This document shows positions 29,475 through 39,823 of a stretch of DNA of 64,000 nucleotides, one piece after another. Position 1 is the first letter of the stretch, and every line of letters starts with the position of its first letter. The notes under the pieces are model-generated. The model made no database searches. It saw nothing but the letters and a program-made list of their open reading frames with translations, and was not told the origin of the DNA. Both the position numbers and the translations under genes were made by a program. This DNA comes from Rhodospirillales bacterium (lineage in GTDB: Bacteria; Pseudomonadota; Alphaproteobacteria; MPNO01; UBA2964), in NCBI GenBank assembly GCA_038120295.1, contig JAYOLL010000003.1:137132-201131 (forward strand), in the 5' to 3' direction.

Positions 29475-30571
29475 GGCGGTGCTATATAGGATTTGTCCAT
29501 CGGACGGAAGCGGCGCTTCTGTTCTGCGGGAATGCAGACGCCGCCGTCGGCCTTGATCGCGGCAGGAACGAGGTCGTCGCGCATCAGAGAAGTGAGCCTG
29601 TCCCGATAGCCCCCGATCCGGGTTCGTGCGGAACGGTCGGATGTGATGACGACCGTCATACCCAGCGATGGGATGACATAGACGAACTGACCGCCGAAAC
29701 CGCGTGCGTACGGCGCCGTATGGCCGCAAAAACCGGTCTTGAACCAGCCGTATCCGTACGGGTGCGCCGAAAAGCGCGAATGCGTGCGGGTTTCCCAGGA
29801 TTTCCTGATCCAGCCTTCCGACAGCACCTGCTTGCCGTCATGCAGACCGCCATTGCGGTACAGCTCTCCGAAGCGCAGCAGCGCGCGCGGCGACAGCAGC
29901 ATGTTATTGCCGCCGAGATAGATGCCCTGCGGATCGCGTTCCCAGGCCGGAATATCGATCCCGAGAGGTTCGCCCAGCCAGTCGCGCGCCAGCGCCAGCG
30001 TGCTGCGCCCCGCAGCCTTCGTCAGGATCGCCGACAGAAGGTGCGTACTGCCGGTGGAATAAAGCATCGAGCCGCCCGGTTCGTCGGCGAACGGGCGTGA
30101 GAGCGCGTGGCGCACCCAGTCGCGGCTTTGCACCCAGCGCCCGTAATTGCGTCCCGACGTCCGCTCCAGCCCCGCTTGCATCGACAGGAGGTTGCCGACG
30201 GTAATGCGCCTCAGGCGGGGATCGCCATTCCGGGGCATGTACTCGGCAAGGAAGGCGGAAGCAGGCTGGTCCGACCCTTCGATGACGCCCCGGTCGATGG
30301 CGATGCCAACAAGCGCCGAAATTATCGATTTGGATGCCGATTTGATATTCGTGGGACGGTTGAGGCCCGGGCCGCGAAAAGCGCGTTCGCGCATGATTTT
30401 TCCGTCGCGTGCGACGATCAGCGCGTGCAGGCGCTTCTGCCCGGCGGCATGCTCGAACGCCCGGTTGAGGAGGGCGGGATCGAGGCCGCGCGTCGTTTCG
30501 GCCCCGCTGGAATGCGCACTCAGCAGACAGCCGATTCCAAGCAAAACCGAGGCGACGGTCCGCTGGCGCAC
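29465..30571 (-). CDS. serine hydrolase (class C beta-lactamase/esterase family)
   Basis: 368 aa; signal peptide; S-x-x-K motif (SASKSI), YSTG and later HTG-like elements. Confidence 0.7.
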   Translation of the reverse strand: MRQRTVASVLLGIGCLLSAHSSGAETTRGLDPALLNRAFEHAAGQKRLHALIVARDGKIMRERAFRGPGLNRPTNIKSASKSIISALVGIAIDRGVIEGSDQPASAFLAEYMPRNGDPRLRRITVGNLLSMQAGLERTSGRNYGRWVQSRDWVRHALSRPFADEPGGSMLYSTGSTHLLSAILTKAAGRSTLALARDWLGEPLGIDIPAWERDPQGIYLGGNNMLLSPRALLRFGELYRNGGLHDGKQVLSEGWIRKSWETRTHSRFSAHPYGYGWFKTGFCGHTAPYARGFGGQFVYVIPSLGMTVVITSDRSARTRIGGYRDRLTSLMRDDLVPAAIKADGGVCIPAEQKRRFRPMDKSYIAPPCP

Positions 30572-30574
30572 GGC

Positions 30575-31906
30575 TTAGTCAGCCCTGAAAAACCGGTTCT
30601 CGGGCCGCGGCAGGCCGAGATTCTCGCGCAATGTTTTGCCTTCGTACTTTTCGCGGTAGATGCCGCGCTTCTGCAGTTCCGGCACCAGCCGATCGACGAA
30701 ATCGTCGAGCCCGCCCGGCAGATAGGGGAACTGGATCGTAAACCCGTCGCACGCGCCCGTGGTCAGCCATTCCTCCATCTGGTCGGCGACCATCTCCGGC
30801 GGGCCCATCAGGCAAAGGCTCGAATGCCCGCCCATGCGTTGCGCGAGCTGACGGACCGTCAGCCCGTCCTCCTCGGCGATCTTGATGGCCTTTTCGCGGC
30901 TCGACTGCCCGGCATTGGTTTCCGGAATCGGCGGCAGAGGGCCGTCGGGGTCGAATTCGGAGGCGTTGGTTCCCAGCGCGATCGAAAGCGAAGCGATGGC
31001 GCTCTCGTAATGTACGAGCGAATCGAGCTTTGCCCGCCTCGCCTTCGCCTCTTCCAGCGTATCGGCAACGATCACCATGCAGGCAGGCAGGATGATGACA
31101 TGGTCGGGATTGCGTCTCGCCGCTTTCGCCCGCTTCTTGACTTCGCCGTAATATTCGCGGGCGTGATCGATGGTCGGCTGCGAGGTAAAGACGGCGTCGG
31201 CGATTTCGGCGGCAACCTGTCGTCCGGCGTTGGAGGCGCCGGCCTGAACGATGACCGGCCAGCCCTGAATCGGTCGGGCGATGTTTAGCGGCCCGCGCGA
31301 TTTGAGATATTGCCCCTCGTGATTCAGGACATGCATCTTTTCGGGATCCATGAAAATCCCGCTTTCCTGGTCGCGGATAAAGGCGTCGTCGGCCCAGCTG
31401 TCCCAGAGTCCTGTGACGACATCGTAAAATTCGCGCGCGCGGGCGTAGCGCTCGTCGTGCTCCATCTGCTCGTCCATGCCGAAATTCTTCGACGCGTTCG
31501 GGTTGGACGTGGTCACGATATTCCAGCCTGCCCGGCCGCCGCTGATATGATCGAGCGAGGAAAACCGGCGGGCGATGTGATAAGGGGCGTCATAGGTCGT
31601 CGAGGCGGTTGCAATCAGCCCGAGATCCTTCGTCATCATCGCGAGCGCGGACAACAGCGTCAGCGGCTCGAATGATGTAGGGGTCGCGGACCGCTGCAGC
31701 GCCTCGATCGGCATGTTGAGCAAGGCCAGATGGTCGGCCATGAAGAAGGTGTCGAATTTCCCCTCTTCGAGCCTTTGCGCAAAATGGACGATATGGTTGA
31801 GATTGAAATTGGCGTCCGCATAGGAGCCAGGATAGCGCCAGCCGCCGGTATGGATGGTGGCGGGGCGCATGAAGGCGTTGAAGTGAAGTTTTCGCTTTTG
31901 GCTCAT
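30575..31906 (-). CDS. LLM-class flavin-dependent monooxygenase (NtaA/SnaA/DszA family)
   Basis: 443 aa; luciferase-like TIM barrel with the about 100-aa insertion typical of the NtaA/DszA subgroup (MSQKRKLHFNAFM…HTGGWR…). Confidence 0.8.
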   Translation of the reverse strand: MSQKRKLHFNAFMRPATIHTGGWRYPGSYADANFNLNHIVHFAQRLEEGKFDTFFMADHLALLNMPIEALQRSATPTSFEPLTLLSALAMMTKDLGLIATASTTYDAPYHIARRFSSLDHISGGRAGWNIVTTSNPNASKNFGMDEQMEHDERYARAREFYDVVTGLWDSWADDAFIRDQESGIFMDPEKMHVLNHEGQYLKSRGPLNIARPIQGWPVIVQAGASNAGRQVAAEIADAVFTSQPTIDHAREYYGEVKKRAKAARRNPDHVIILPACMVIVADTLEEAKARRAKLDSLVHYESAIASLSIALGTNASEFDPDGPLPPIPETNAGQSSREKAIKIAEEDGLTVRQLAQRMGGHSSLCLMGPPEMVADQMEEWLTTGACDGFTIQFPYLPGGLDDFVDRLVPELQKRGIYREKYEGKTLRENLGLPRPENRFFRAD

Positions 31907-32075
31907 GATCGACCCGGTAGTCCGAATTACGTTTAAAACAAACTATCATGCCCGTTATCCGACAGGAACGCGTTCGCGACAGCTGGTCAGTGACGCAACA
32001 TACTTGACAGAACAGGGCGTTCCATGGCCTTTCCCGGGCTCATCGCGCCCACCTCCGAACAGCCGGTAATCCCAG

Positions 32076-33857
32076 ATGCATCGATACAGAAGCCATAATT
32101 GCAACGAGTTGAGAATTGACAATGCGGGCGAGACCGCCCGACTTTCGGGCTGGGTCCATCGCAAGCGCGACCACGGCAATCTGCTGTTCATCGACCTGCG
32201 GGACCATTTCGGGCTGACCCAGTGCGTTGTCGACGTCTCCAGCGACGTTTTTCCGGTTCTGGAAGGCGTGCGTCTCGAATCCGTCATCTGCGTTACCGGC
32301 AAGATCGTCCGGCGCGACGACGAGACCATCAATCCGAACCTGCCGACCGGCGAGATCGAACTTCAGGTCGCGGAAGTCGAAATTCTCGGTCCGGCCGCGC
32401 CGCTGCCGCTTCAGGTCAATTCGGATGAGGATTACGGCGAGGAAACCCGGCTTCGCTACCGGTTCCTCGATCTTCGGCGGGACCGCATTCACCGCAATAT
32501 CACGCTCAGGTCTTCGGTAATTTCGTCCATACGCCGCCGTATGGTGGAGCAGGGCTTTACCGAGTTCCAGACGCCGATCCTGACCTCGACGTCGCCTGAG
32601 GGCGCGCGCGATTTCCTGGTGCCCAGCCGGCTGCATCCGGGAGAGTTCTATGCGCTGCCGCAGGCGCCGCAGCAGTTCAAGCAGCTCATCATGGTCGCCG
32701 GGTTCGACCGGTATTTCCAGATCGCGCCCTGCTTCCGGGATGAGGATGCGCGTGCCGACCGGTCGCCGGGCGAGTTCTATCAGCTTGATGTCGAGATGTC
32801 GTTTGTCACCCAGGACGATGTATTCGCCGCGCTTGAGCCGGTACTGCACGGCGTGTTCGAGGAATTTGCCGACGGGCGCGCCGTTTCGCCGACGCCGTTC
32901 CGGCGTATTCCTTACGCCGAGTCTATGAGCAAGTACGGTTCCGACAAGCCGGATCTGCGCAACCCCATCGAGATGAGCGACGCAACGCACATCTTCCGCG
33001 GTTCCGGCTTCAAGATCTTCGCCGGCATGATCGAGAAGGACGAGAATGTCCAGGTGTGGGCGATTCCCGCGCCCGGCGGGGGCTCGCGCGCGTTCTGCGA
33101 CCGGATGAACAGCTGGGCGCAGAAGGAAGGCCAGCCAGGTCTCGGTTATATCTTCTTCCGCGAGGGCGAAGGGGCAGGGCCGCTCGCCCGCAATATCGGC
33201 GAGGAACGCACAGAGCAGCTACGCACTGAACTCGGTCTGCAGGACGGCGACGCGGTCTTCTTCGTGGCCGGTGTGCCGAAACAGTTCGTGGCTTTTGCAG
33301 GGCAGGCGCGGACCCAGATCGGCGAACAGCTCGAGCTGATCGACGAAGGCCGGTTCGAGTTCTGCTGGATCGTCGATTACCCGATGTATGAGCTCGACGA
33401 GCGTACCGGGCAGATCGAGTTCAGCCATAATCCGTTCTCGATGCCGCAGGGCGGGCTGGAAGCGCTCGAGACGAAAGACCCGCTCGACGTGCTGGCCTAC
33501 CAGTATGACATCGTCTGTAACGGCGTGGAGCTTTCCAGCGGCGCGATCCGGAACCATTTGCCGGAAATCATGTACAAGGCGTTTTCGATCGCCGGTTACG
33601 ATCAGGAAGAGGTCGAAACGCGTTTCAGCGGCATGCTGAACGCACTGAAATACGGCGCGCCGCCGCATGGCGGCTCGGCGCCTGGGATCGACCGGATCGT
33701 CATGCTGCTGGCGGGCGAACAGAACATTCGTGAAGTGACATTGTTCCCGATGACCCAGCAGGCGCAGGACCTGATGATGGCGGCCCCGGCGCCGGTCAGC
33801 GACGATCGGCTGGAAGAGCTGCATATCCGGGTTGTAAAGCCGCCGGAAAAAGCCTGA
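32076..33857 (+). CDS. aspS: aspartate--tRNA ligase
   Basis: 593 aa; class II aaRS motifs (FRDEDxRxDR, QLDx[13 protein letters not shown]), N-terminal OB anticodon-binding domain. Confidence 0.95.
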   Translation: MHRYRSHNCNELRIDNAGETARLSGWVHRKRDHGNLLFIDLRDHFGLTQCVVDVSSDVFPVLEGVRLESVICVTGKIVRRDDETINPNLPTGEIELQVAEVEILGPAAPLPLQVNSDEDYGEETRLRYRFLDLRRDRIHRNITLRSSVISSIRRRMVEQGFTEFQTPILTSTSPEGARDFLVPSRLHPGEFYALPQAPQQFKQLIMVAGFDRYFQIAPCFRDEDARADRSPGEFYQLDVEMSFVTQDDVFAALEPVLHGVFEEFADGRAVSPTPFRRIPYAESMSKYGSDKPDLRNPIEMSDATHIFRGSGFKIFAGMIEKDENVQVWAIPAPGGGSRAFCDRMNSWAQKEGQPGLGYIFFREGEGAGPLARNIGEERTEQLRTELGLQDGDAVFFVAGVPKQFVAFAGQARTQIGEQLELIDEGRFEFCWIVDYPMYELDERTGQIEFSHNPFSMPQGGLEALETKDPLDVLAYQYDIVCNGVELSSGAIRNHLPEIMYKAFSIAGYDQEEVETRFSGMLNALKYGAPPHGGSAPGIDRIVMLLAGEQNIREVTLFPMTQQAQDLMMAAPAPVSDDRLEELHIRVVKPPEKA

Positions 33858-33996
33858 GAGTTTGACCGGACGCGGTTTTAAGCCGCTGATTTCTCTCAGG
33901 AAATTATTTCAACGGTCGGTCGGCGTTCATCCTTTCTTGAAGGATTGACGGCATACTCATCCCATACCGCAACACGCTGGCTGGAAAGCGGGAACG

Positions 33997-34632
33997 ATGA
34001 GACTCGCCGGAATATTGATGCTGTCGCCCTTGCTGGCCGGTTGCGCCGTACCCGGCGCCATCGGTCTTGCAGGGATCGCAATCGAAGGCGCAAGCGTCAT
34101 CGCTACCGGTAAATCCGCGTCGGACCAGATCGTTTCTGCCGCCGTCGACAAGGATTGCGAACTGATCGAGGGGCTGACCCGCGGAAAGGCCTGCAAGGAC
34201 AGGAAGCAGGCGAAGAAGGAGGAGCAGCCGTCCACAGTAGCGAAGACGACTGAAAATACGCGCCCTGTCCGCCGGCACCGCTGGATACCCCGTACAAAGG
34301 TTGACGACCGATGGACATTTCATGTCGGGACATTTCGGGAGCTTGGCGAAGCGACAAAAAGGGCGCGGCTTGCCTCACCCGGAAAAGCGTCGATCTCTAG
34401 TACCGTTGTTGACGGCGAGGTCCATTATCGCGTGACCGTCGGGCTGTTTCCGTTCGCAAATGCCGACAGCGAGCGCGACCGGGTAGGAGGAGCCGGAACA
34501 GACAAGATGGCCGTACTCCGCGTCTGCCCCTCCTGGATGCAGGACGCGTCCTGTGTCAGCCTCGATCGCGTCATTCCGCAAAAAGTTTCGGAGCGGCGAA
34601 AGAAAACCGCCGAGAAAGGTGCGGGGAACTAA
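33997..34632 (+). CDS. SPOR domain-containing lipoprotein
   Basis: 211 aa; lipoprotein signal with LAGC lipobox; C-terminal SPOR-like segment (HYRVTVGLFPFANADSERDRV). Confidence 0.5.
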   Translation: MRLAGILMLSPLLAGCAVPGAIGLAGIAIEGASVIATGKSASDQIVSAAVDKDCELIEGLTRGKACKDRKQAKKEEQPSTVAKTTENTRPVRRHRWIPRTKVDDRWTFHVGTFRELGEATKRARLASPGKASISSTVVDGEVHYRVTVGLFPFANADSERDRVGGAGTDKMAVLRVCPSWMQDASCVSLDRVIPQKVSERRKKTAEKGAGN

Positions 34633-34647
34633 CCGCCTTGGTGGTGA

Positions 34648-34682
34648 CAAAAAAGCGGCGGCCTATTCGGCCGCCGTTTTTA
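34648..34682. terminator. bidirectional rho-independent terminator between the SPOR lipoprotein and the convergent GGDEF gene
   Basis: AAAAAA-GCGGCGGCC-TATT-CGGCCGCCG-TTTTT; overlaps the last codons of the minus-strand gene. Confidence 0.65.
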
Positions 34683-35439
34683 CATCCCGATGCACGGACT
34701 GCTTGCGTCGCTTGTTGTAGTACATGGCCATATCGGCTCGATGAATAAGGTCTTCGACATCGTCCTGCGGGCCGTAGGGTTCTATCCCCATACTGACCTG
34801 CAGCGGCAGGTCGTTGCCGCGATACACGATACCGGCGCTGTCGAGGCGCCATTGAAGCGTTCTCATCCGGCGGGCGCCGTTCTTCCAGCTCGTATTGACG
34901 AGAACGACGGCGAACTCGTCGCCGCCAAGGCGGCCGACAATGTCGAGATCCCGAACGGTCCCGATCAACGTATCGGCGGCGCATTTGACGAGTTCATCGC
35001 CGGCAAAGTGGCCCAGCGCGTCGTTGACCGTCTTGAGATTATCGAGGTCGCAATAGGCGATAACGCCAATCTCCCCGTATCGGCGGGATCGTGCGAGCGC
35101 GATTCCAAGTTCGTGTTCAAAACCACGGCGGTTCAGAAGGCCTGTCATCGGATCCGTACTCGACAGACTTTCCAGCTCCGCGATCCGGCTTTGCTGCTCC
35201 GCCATGCGCTGTTCGGTTTCGGCGGCATATTTGAGCGCGCGTTCAAGGAGCGCCTTCTGCCGGCCGCTTTCATCTCGGGGCAGGTCGCGCAAGAGACGCT
35301 CTGTCAGCGCGCCGATACGGGAGATAAGGCCGGTTTCGGTGAGGCAGGGGTTCCCCGGGAACCCCATCGCTATTGTCGTATCCATCTGTATGTACGGTCC
35401 TTTCCGGCGATTCTGGGTTTTTGCGTGTTGTCGATTCAC
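34663..35439 (-). CDS. GGDEF-domain diguanylate cyclase
   Basis: 258 aa; A-site GGDEF, I-site RDLD five residues upstream, N-terminal coiled-coil; real start may be the internal Met (MDTTIAMG). Confidence 0.8.
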   Translation of the reverse strand: MNRQHAKTQNRRKGPYIQMDTTIAMGFPGNPCLTETGLISRIGALTERLLRDLPRDESGRQKALLERALKYAAETEQRMAEQQSRIAELESLSSTDPMTGLLNRRGFEHELGIALARSRRYGEIGVIAYCDLDNLKTVNDALGHFAGDELVKCAADTLIGTVRDLDIVGRLGGDEFAVVLVNTSWKNGARRMRTLQWRLDSAGIVYRGNDLPLQVSMGIEPYGPQDDVEDLIHRADMAMYYNKRRKQSVHRDVKTAAE

Positions 35440-35632
35440 ACATGCAATCGGTGTGCCAAATAATATTCTATAAAAATCAATATCTTATTTTGTATCGGGT
35501 GGGCAGAATCTGCCTCCGGTGCAGTTCCTGCCGGTAGGGCTGGGGCGTGTATCGCACCTTGCAGGCGTATTTCTGCGTGGGATACTGTCGATCGAATGGT
35601 AAGGCGCAGTCTGGGGCGCCGGGGAGTATTCC

Positions 35633-36460
35633 GTGCGCGGTTTGTCTGGCTTTCTGGCATGTCTGGCAGTTTTTGCGCTCGCGATGGATGTCGCGAACGC
35701 TGCCCAGTCAATGCCCCATCGCGCTCTTTATGACGTCGCGCTTAAGTCCGCTCCAGACGGCGGCGTTTCCGGCGTGTCCGGCAAGATTTCCATAGAATGG
35801 CGGCACAGCTGCAGCGGCTGGACGTTCGAATACCGCTCGTTCATCAACGTTTCCCAACCGGAAACCGGGACAGTCCGCCTTTCGACAGCGGCGACCACAT
35901 GGGAATCGCGCGACGGCAGGCAATACCGTTTCAACGTACTCAATCGGGCTAACGGGCGCGAACTGGAAAAGGTCGAAGGATCCGCGGGCGTTGCGGCGGA
36001 CGGTTCCGGCGGCAAGGCGGTTTTCACCGCGCCTGCCAGGCGCGAAATCGATCTGCCGCCGGGTACGCTTTTTCCCGTTGCGCACGGTCAGGCCATTCTT
36101 GCCGCCGCAGCGTCCCGCAAACCGCCGATATTTCTGGCTGTTCCGGTTTTCGACGGGATGGATACGGATTCGCTCTATCTCGTGAACGCGGTTGTTGGTC
36201 GTGGGGGGGACAGCGAGTCCGCCGGCCCTTCGCAATCAGCCCCCGTCGACCCGGCTCTGAAAGGGTTGCGCCGCTGGCCGGTCGGCCTGGCCTATTTCAA
36301 GTCAGAAAAGCGGGAACCGGACCCGAGCCATGAGACCACCATGATGCTGTTCGAAAATGGTGTTTCCGACCGCCTGATCATGGATTTTTCAGATTTTCTG
36401 GTTCGTGCGACCCTGTCGAAGCTTGAGATTTATCCGCGAGCGGAGTGCGGCTCCGGATAG
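35633..36460 (+). CDS. secreted periplasmic protein, possibly DUF1849/EipB-like
   Basis: 275 aa; signal peptide; no catalytic motifs. The family guess rests on size, signal peptide and the PHRALYDV-type N-terminus only. Confidence 0.35.
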   Translation: MRGLSGFLACLAVFALAMDVANAAQSMPHRALYDVALKSAPDGGVSGVSGKISIEWRHSCSGWTFEYRSFINVSQPETGTVRLSTAATTWESRDGRQYRFNVLNRANGRELEKVEGSAGVAADGSGGKAVFTAPARREIDLPPGTLFPVAHGQAILAAAASRKPPIFLAVPVFDGMDTDSLYLVNAVVGRGGDSESAGPSQSAPVDPALKGLRRWPVGLAYFKSEKREPDPSHETTMMLFENGVSDRLIMDFSDFLVRATLSKLEIYPRAECGSG

Positions 36461-36478
36461 ACGGCAGGAAAAGCCGTT

Positions 36479-37399
36479 TTACCTCGCTTCGCGTGTTTCC
36501 TTATCCTTCCAGAGCCATGCCGCGCCTCGGACCCCGCTCGAATCTCCGTGTACAGGCGGCACAAGTTCCGTGTCGACAGCGTCGGAAAACACCCGCTGGG
36601 CCCAGATCGCCGGTACTGTCCGGTACAGGCGCCGGATGTTCGATAGCCCGCCCCCCAGGACGATCGCGTCCGGATCAATAATGTTGATCACTGCGGACAA
36701 AGCGGAAGCAAGTAGATGTTCGTAATCCGCCATGATCCGCTCGGCGCCCTGATCGCCGGCGTCTGCGCGCGACGCGATCTCGGAAGCTGTCAGGCGTTGA
36801 TCCGTTGCTTCCGCAAAGGTTCGTTCCAGCGCCGGCCCCGACAACCAGGTCTCGATGCAGTTTTGCCTGCCGCACCAGCACTGACGCGCTTTCAGTCCAG
36901 CCTGGGGGCTTTCTTGCGGAATGGGGTTGTGTCCCCATTCGCCGGCGATGAGGTTTCTTCCCGGAAGAATTTCGCCGTCGATCGCGATGCCTCCGCCGAC
37001 ACCTGTTCCAAGAATTACGCCAAACACGGTTCGAGCTTCCCGTGCTGCGCCGTCAACCGATTCTGACAGGGCAAAGCAGTTGGCGTCATTGGCGAGGCGA
37101 ACTTCGCGTTGGAGGGCTGCGGAAAGATCCTCGCCGAGGTCCTTACCATTGAGCCAGGTCGAATTCGCATTGCGAACCAGCCCCGAAGCGGGAGAGATCG
37201 AACCCGGAATGCCGATACCGACGGTTCCGGCCTCATTCAGCCGGGATTCCAGCCGTTCGACGCCCGCCCGGATGGCGTCGACCGTACCGAAGTAATCTTC
37301 CGCTGAAGTGGGGTGTCGAAACCGCTGCAGGATTTCTCCGGAGTCAGACAGGGCAATGAATTCAGTTTTGGTGCCGCCTAGGTCGACGCCAATCCGCAT
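36479..37399 (-). CDS. ROK family sugar kinase (N-acetylglucosamine kinase-like)
   Basis: 306 aa from MRIGVDLGGTKTE…; ROK Cys-rich zinc motif (…QCWCGRQNCIETW…). The track's 75-aa N-terminal extension (37624) is judged spurious. Confidence 0.75.
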   Translation of the reverse strand: MRIGVDLGGTKTEFIALSDSGEILQRFRHPTSAEDYFGTVDAIRAGVERLESRLNEAGTVGIGIPGSISPASGLVRNANSTWLNGKDLGEDLSAALQREVRLANDANCFALSESVDGAAREARTVFGVILGTGVGGGIAIDGEILPGRNLIAGEWGHNPIPQESPQAGLKARQCWCGRQNCIETWLSGPALERTFAEATDQRLTASEIASRADAGDQGAERIMADYEHLLASALSAVINIIDPDAIVLGGGLSNIRRLYRTVPAIWAQRVFSDAVDTELVPPVHGDSSGVRGAAWLWKDKETREAR

Positions 37400-37638
37400 T
37401 TTCCCTCCCTTACAGGCTGATCGAACGGCGATTTTTCCTGTGTCGACCGCGTATGGTAGGTACCGTAGCGGGCATGCCGCAGATTCCCTAGCCTTCGAGT
37501 GACGTTGATCACTTCTTTTTAACCTTTTTAAGGGTATTCTACTGACATGTTTTCGCAAAACTGACGCCGGTCTGGCGAGCGGCAGGAAATTAGCCCAATG
37601 AGTTTGAATCGGGTCGAAACGCATAGGGGATGGAAATC

Positions 37639-38009
37639 ATGGGTGACAGAAAAAAATCCTGATCGTCGAGGACAATGAGCTGAATATGAAGCTTTTCCAT
37701 GATCTGCTTGAAGTTCATGGCTATGAAACGTTTCAGACGAAAGACGGTCGTGAAGCGCTTGAACTGGTGCGCAAGTACCGACCGAACCTGATTCTGATGG
37801 ATATCCAGCTTCCCGAAGTGTCCGGGCTGGAGGTAACAAAATGGATCAAGGAAGACGATGAGCTGAAATCGATTCCGGTGATCGCCGTAACCGCCTTCGC
37901 GATGAAGGGCGACGAGGAAAAGATCAGGGACGGCGGTTGCGAGGCCTATATCGCCAAGCCGATTTCCGTGACGTCATTCCTGGAAACAATTGAGAAAGTC
38001 ATTCTCTGA
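37639..38009 (+). pseudogene. divK: essential single-domain response regulator DivK, interrupted by an apparent -1 frameshift in an A7 tract (or a homopolymer sequencing error)
   Basis: ATG at 37639 reads MGDRKK then hits TGA. One frame over, from 37647, the sequence reads [38 protein letters not shown]…[24 protein letters not shown]…[28 protein letters not shown], which is near-identical to Caulobacter DivK. The two frames are joined by adding one A to the 37650-37656 A run. Confidence 0.8.
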
Positions 38010-38034
38010 CCCGATTTTTACGGGGTAATTGCCT

Positions 38035-39453
38035 ATGACCGCCCGCATCCTTGTCGTCGATGACCTGCCGGTAAACGTAAAGCTTCTCGAAGCGAAACTG
38101 CTTGTCGAGTATTACGAAGTCGTCACTGCGAGCAACGGTCCTGAGGCGCTCAGGGCCGTTCGCGAGCACAACCCCGATATTGTTCTGCTGGATGTCATGA
38201 TGCCTGGAATGGACGGTTACCAGGTATGCGAAGCCATAAAGGGGGATCCCGACACGGCGCATATTCCCGTGGTTATGGTTACGGCGCTTGATGAAGTCAG
38301 TGACCGTGTGCGAGGCCTGGAAGCGGGGGCGGACGATTTTCTGACAAAGCCGCTCAACGATATCGCCCTGTTTGCTCGAATTCGTTCTCTGGTGCGCCTG
38401 AAACGGGCCAGCGACGAATGGCGCGCGCGGGAAGCTACGGCCGTGGAACTCGGCGTTTCGTCTTCTATGTGTCCTGTCGTCGACGAGAAGGCGCCGGGCT
38501 CGGTCCTGTTGATCGGAGATGGCATGGCGGACCGTGAGTCCGTCGGCAAGACGCTAGCCGATCAGGGGCATAGCGTAACGGTCGTCGAGACCGGCGAGGA
38601 GGCGCTTGAACAGGCCTCGGCAGACGATTTCGATCTCGTTCTCCTGTCCGACGGGGAAAGCAGCGGCGACGCGCTGAGGTTCTGCTCGCAGCTTCGGTCG
38701 CAGCCGGAATGGAGGACAAAGCCAATTCTGCTCGCTTTGGCGGGATCGGACACCGAGCGGCTGGCAAAGGCGCTGGAACTTGGCATCAATGACTACCTCG
38801 TCCGTCCCATCGAACATGATGAACTCATCGCCAGGTCATGGACTCAGATCCGTCGCAAACGCTACGAGGATCGCCTTCGGGACAACTTTACCTATAGCGT
38901 CAATGCTGCCGTTACAGACAGCCTGACCGGCATGTATAACCGGCGTTATCTTGAATCGCATTTTGCACGCGTTTGCGACCGGCTCGGCGCTGCCGGCAAA
39001 CCCATCTCGGTTCTCGTAATCGACGTCGATCATTTCAAGCTGATAAACGACCAGTTCGGTCACGATACCGGCGATCAGGTTCTTCAGAGCATCGCCAAGC
39101 GCGTCCAGAATGATGTCCGCGGCTTCGATACCGCTGTCCGTTACGGGGGCGAAGAGTTCATCGTCCTGCTGACCGATTCGTCCCAGGATGCGGCCCTATC
39201 GGCAGCGGAAAGGCTTCGTATGCAAGTATCGGCGACGCCTGTCCCGGTTTCAGGCCCTATCGATGATATAGCCGTTACCGTATCGATCGGCGTCGCTACG
39301 GCTGTAGCCGGCCAGGAAAGTCTCGATGAGTTGATTCAAAGAGGGGACCGGGCGCTTTACGATGCAAAGAATGCGGGCCGCAATCGAGTCGTTGCCGCGG
39401 CGGCTGCAGAACGGGATTCAGGAATTTCCAGCGCGGCGGTCGGGCAAAACTGA
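38035..39453 (+). CDS. pleD: response regulator PleD (two receiver domains plus GGDEF diguanylate cyclase)
   Basis: about 473 aa; ARILVVDD…LLDVMMPGMDG (D53-type receiver), second degenerate receiver, C-terminal GGEEF A-site and RxxD I-site; immediately downstream of divK as in the Caulobacter and Rhizobiales divK-pleD operon. Confidence 0.85.
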   Translation: MTARILVVDDLPVNVKLLEAKLLVEYYEVVTASNGPEALRAVREHNPDIVLLDVMMPGMDGYQVCEAIKGDPDTAHIPVVMVTALDEVSDRVRGLEAGADDFLTKPLNDIALFARIRSLVRLKRASDEWRAREATAVELGVSSSMCPVVDEKAPGSVLLIGDGMADRESVGKTLADQGHSVTVVETGEEALEQASADDFDLVLLSDGESSGDALRFCSQLRSQPEWRTKPILLALAGSDTERLAKALELGINDYLVRPIEHDELIARSWTQIRRKRYEDRLRDNFTYSVNAAVTDSLTGMYNRRYLESHFARVCDRLGAAGKPISVLVIDVDHFKLINDQFGHDTGDQVLQSIAKRVQNDVRGFDTAVRYGGEEFIVLLTDSSQDAALSAAERLRMQVSATPVPVSGPIDDIAVTVSIGVATAVAGQESLDELIQRGDRALYDAKNAGRNRVVAAAAAERDSGISSAAVGQN

Positions 39454-39518
39454 CGATTGGGAACTTGCGGCCTGCCCCCGAACCGACTCAAACTGCACCC
39501 TTGCGGGAGAGCCGCCAA

Positions 39519-39551
39519 ATAAAAAACCGCCGCGGTCATCGCGGCGGTTTT
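39519..39551. terminator. bidirectional rho-independent terminator between pleD and rpmG
   Basis: AAAAAA-CCGCCGCG-GTCAT-CGCGGCGG-TTTT. Confidence 0.7.
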
Positions 39552-39583
39552 CGTTAGAACGCAGGTAATTCCTGCCGGCGTTT

Positions 39584-39751
39584 CTACTTGATTTTTGCTT
39601 CCTTGAAGACGACGTGCTTGCGCGCGACCGGGTCGTATTTGCGCTTCTCCATCTTCTCGGTCAGGGTCCGCGGATTCTTGCGGGTGATGTAGTAGTAGCC
39701 TGTGTCGGCGCTGCTCACGAGGCGGATCTGGATCGAATTTGCTTTTGCCAT
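39584..39751 (-). CDS. rpmG: 50S ribosomal protein L33
   Basis: 55 aa, [55 protein letters not shown], a near-consensus L33. Absent from the ORF track (below its 60 aa cutoff). Confidence 0.9.
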   Translation of the reverse strand: MAKANSIQIRLVSSADTGYYYITRKNPRTLTEKMEKRKYDPVARKHVVFKEAKIK

Positions 39752-39823
39752 GCCAAACAGTCCTTGGACGAAAATTTGCTTTCAGCCGCGCAACATACTG
39801 CGTGCCGCTCCGCTGTCAAGTTT

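Noticed and set aside
37520-37545. CtrA-box-like TTAACCTTTTTAAGG upstream of divK
   Set aside because: The second half-site is TAAG and the spacing is N6, not the TTAA-N7-TTAA consensus; insufficient evidence.
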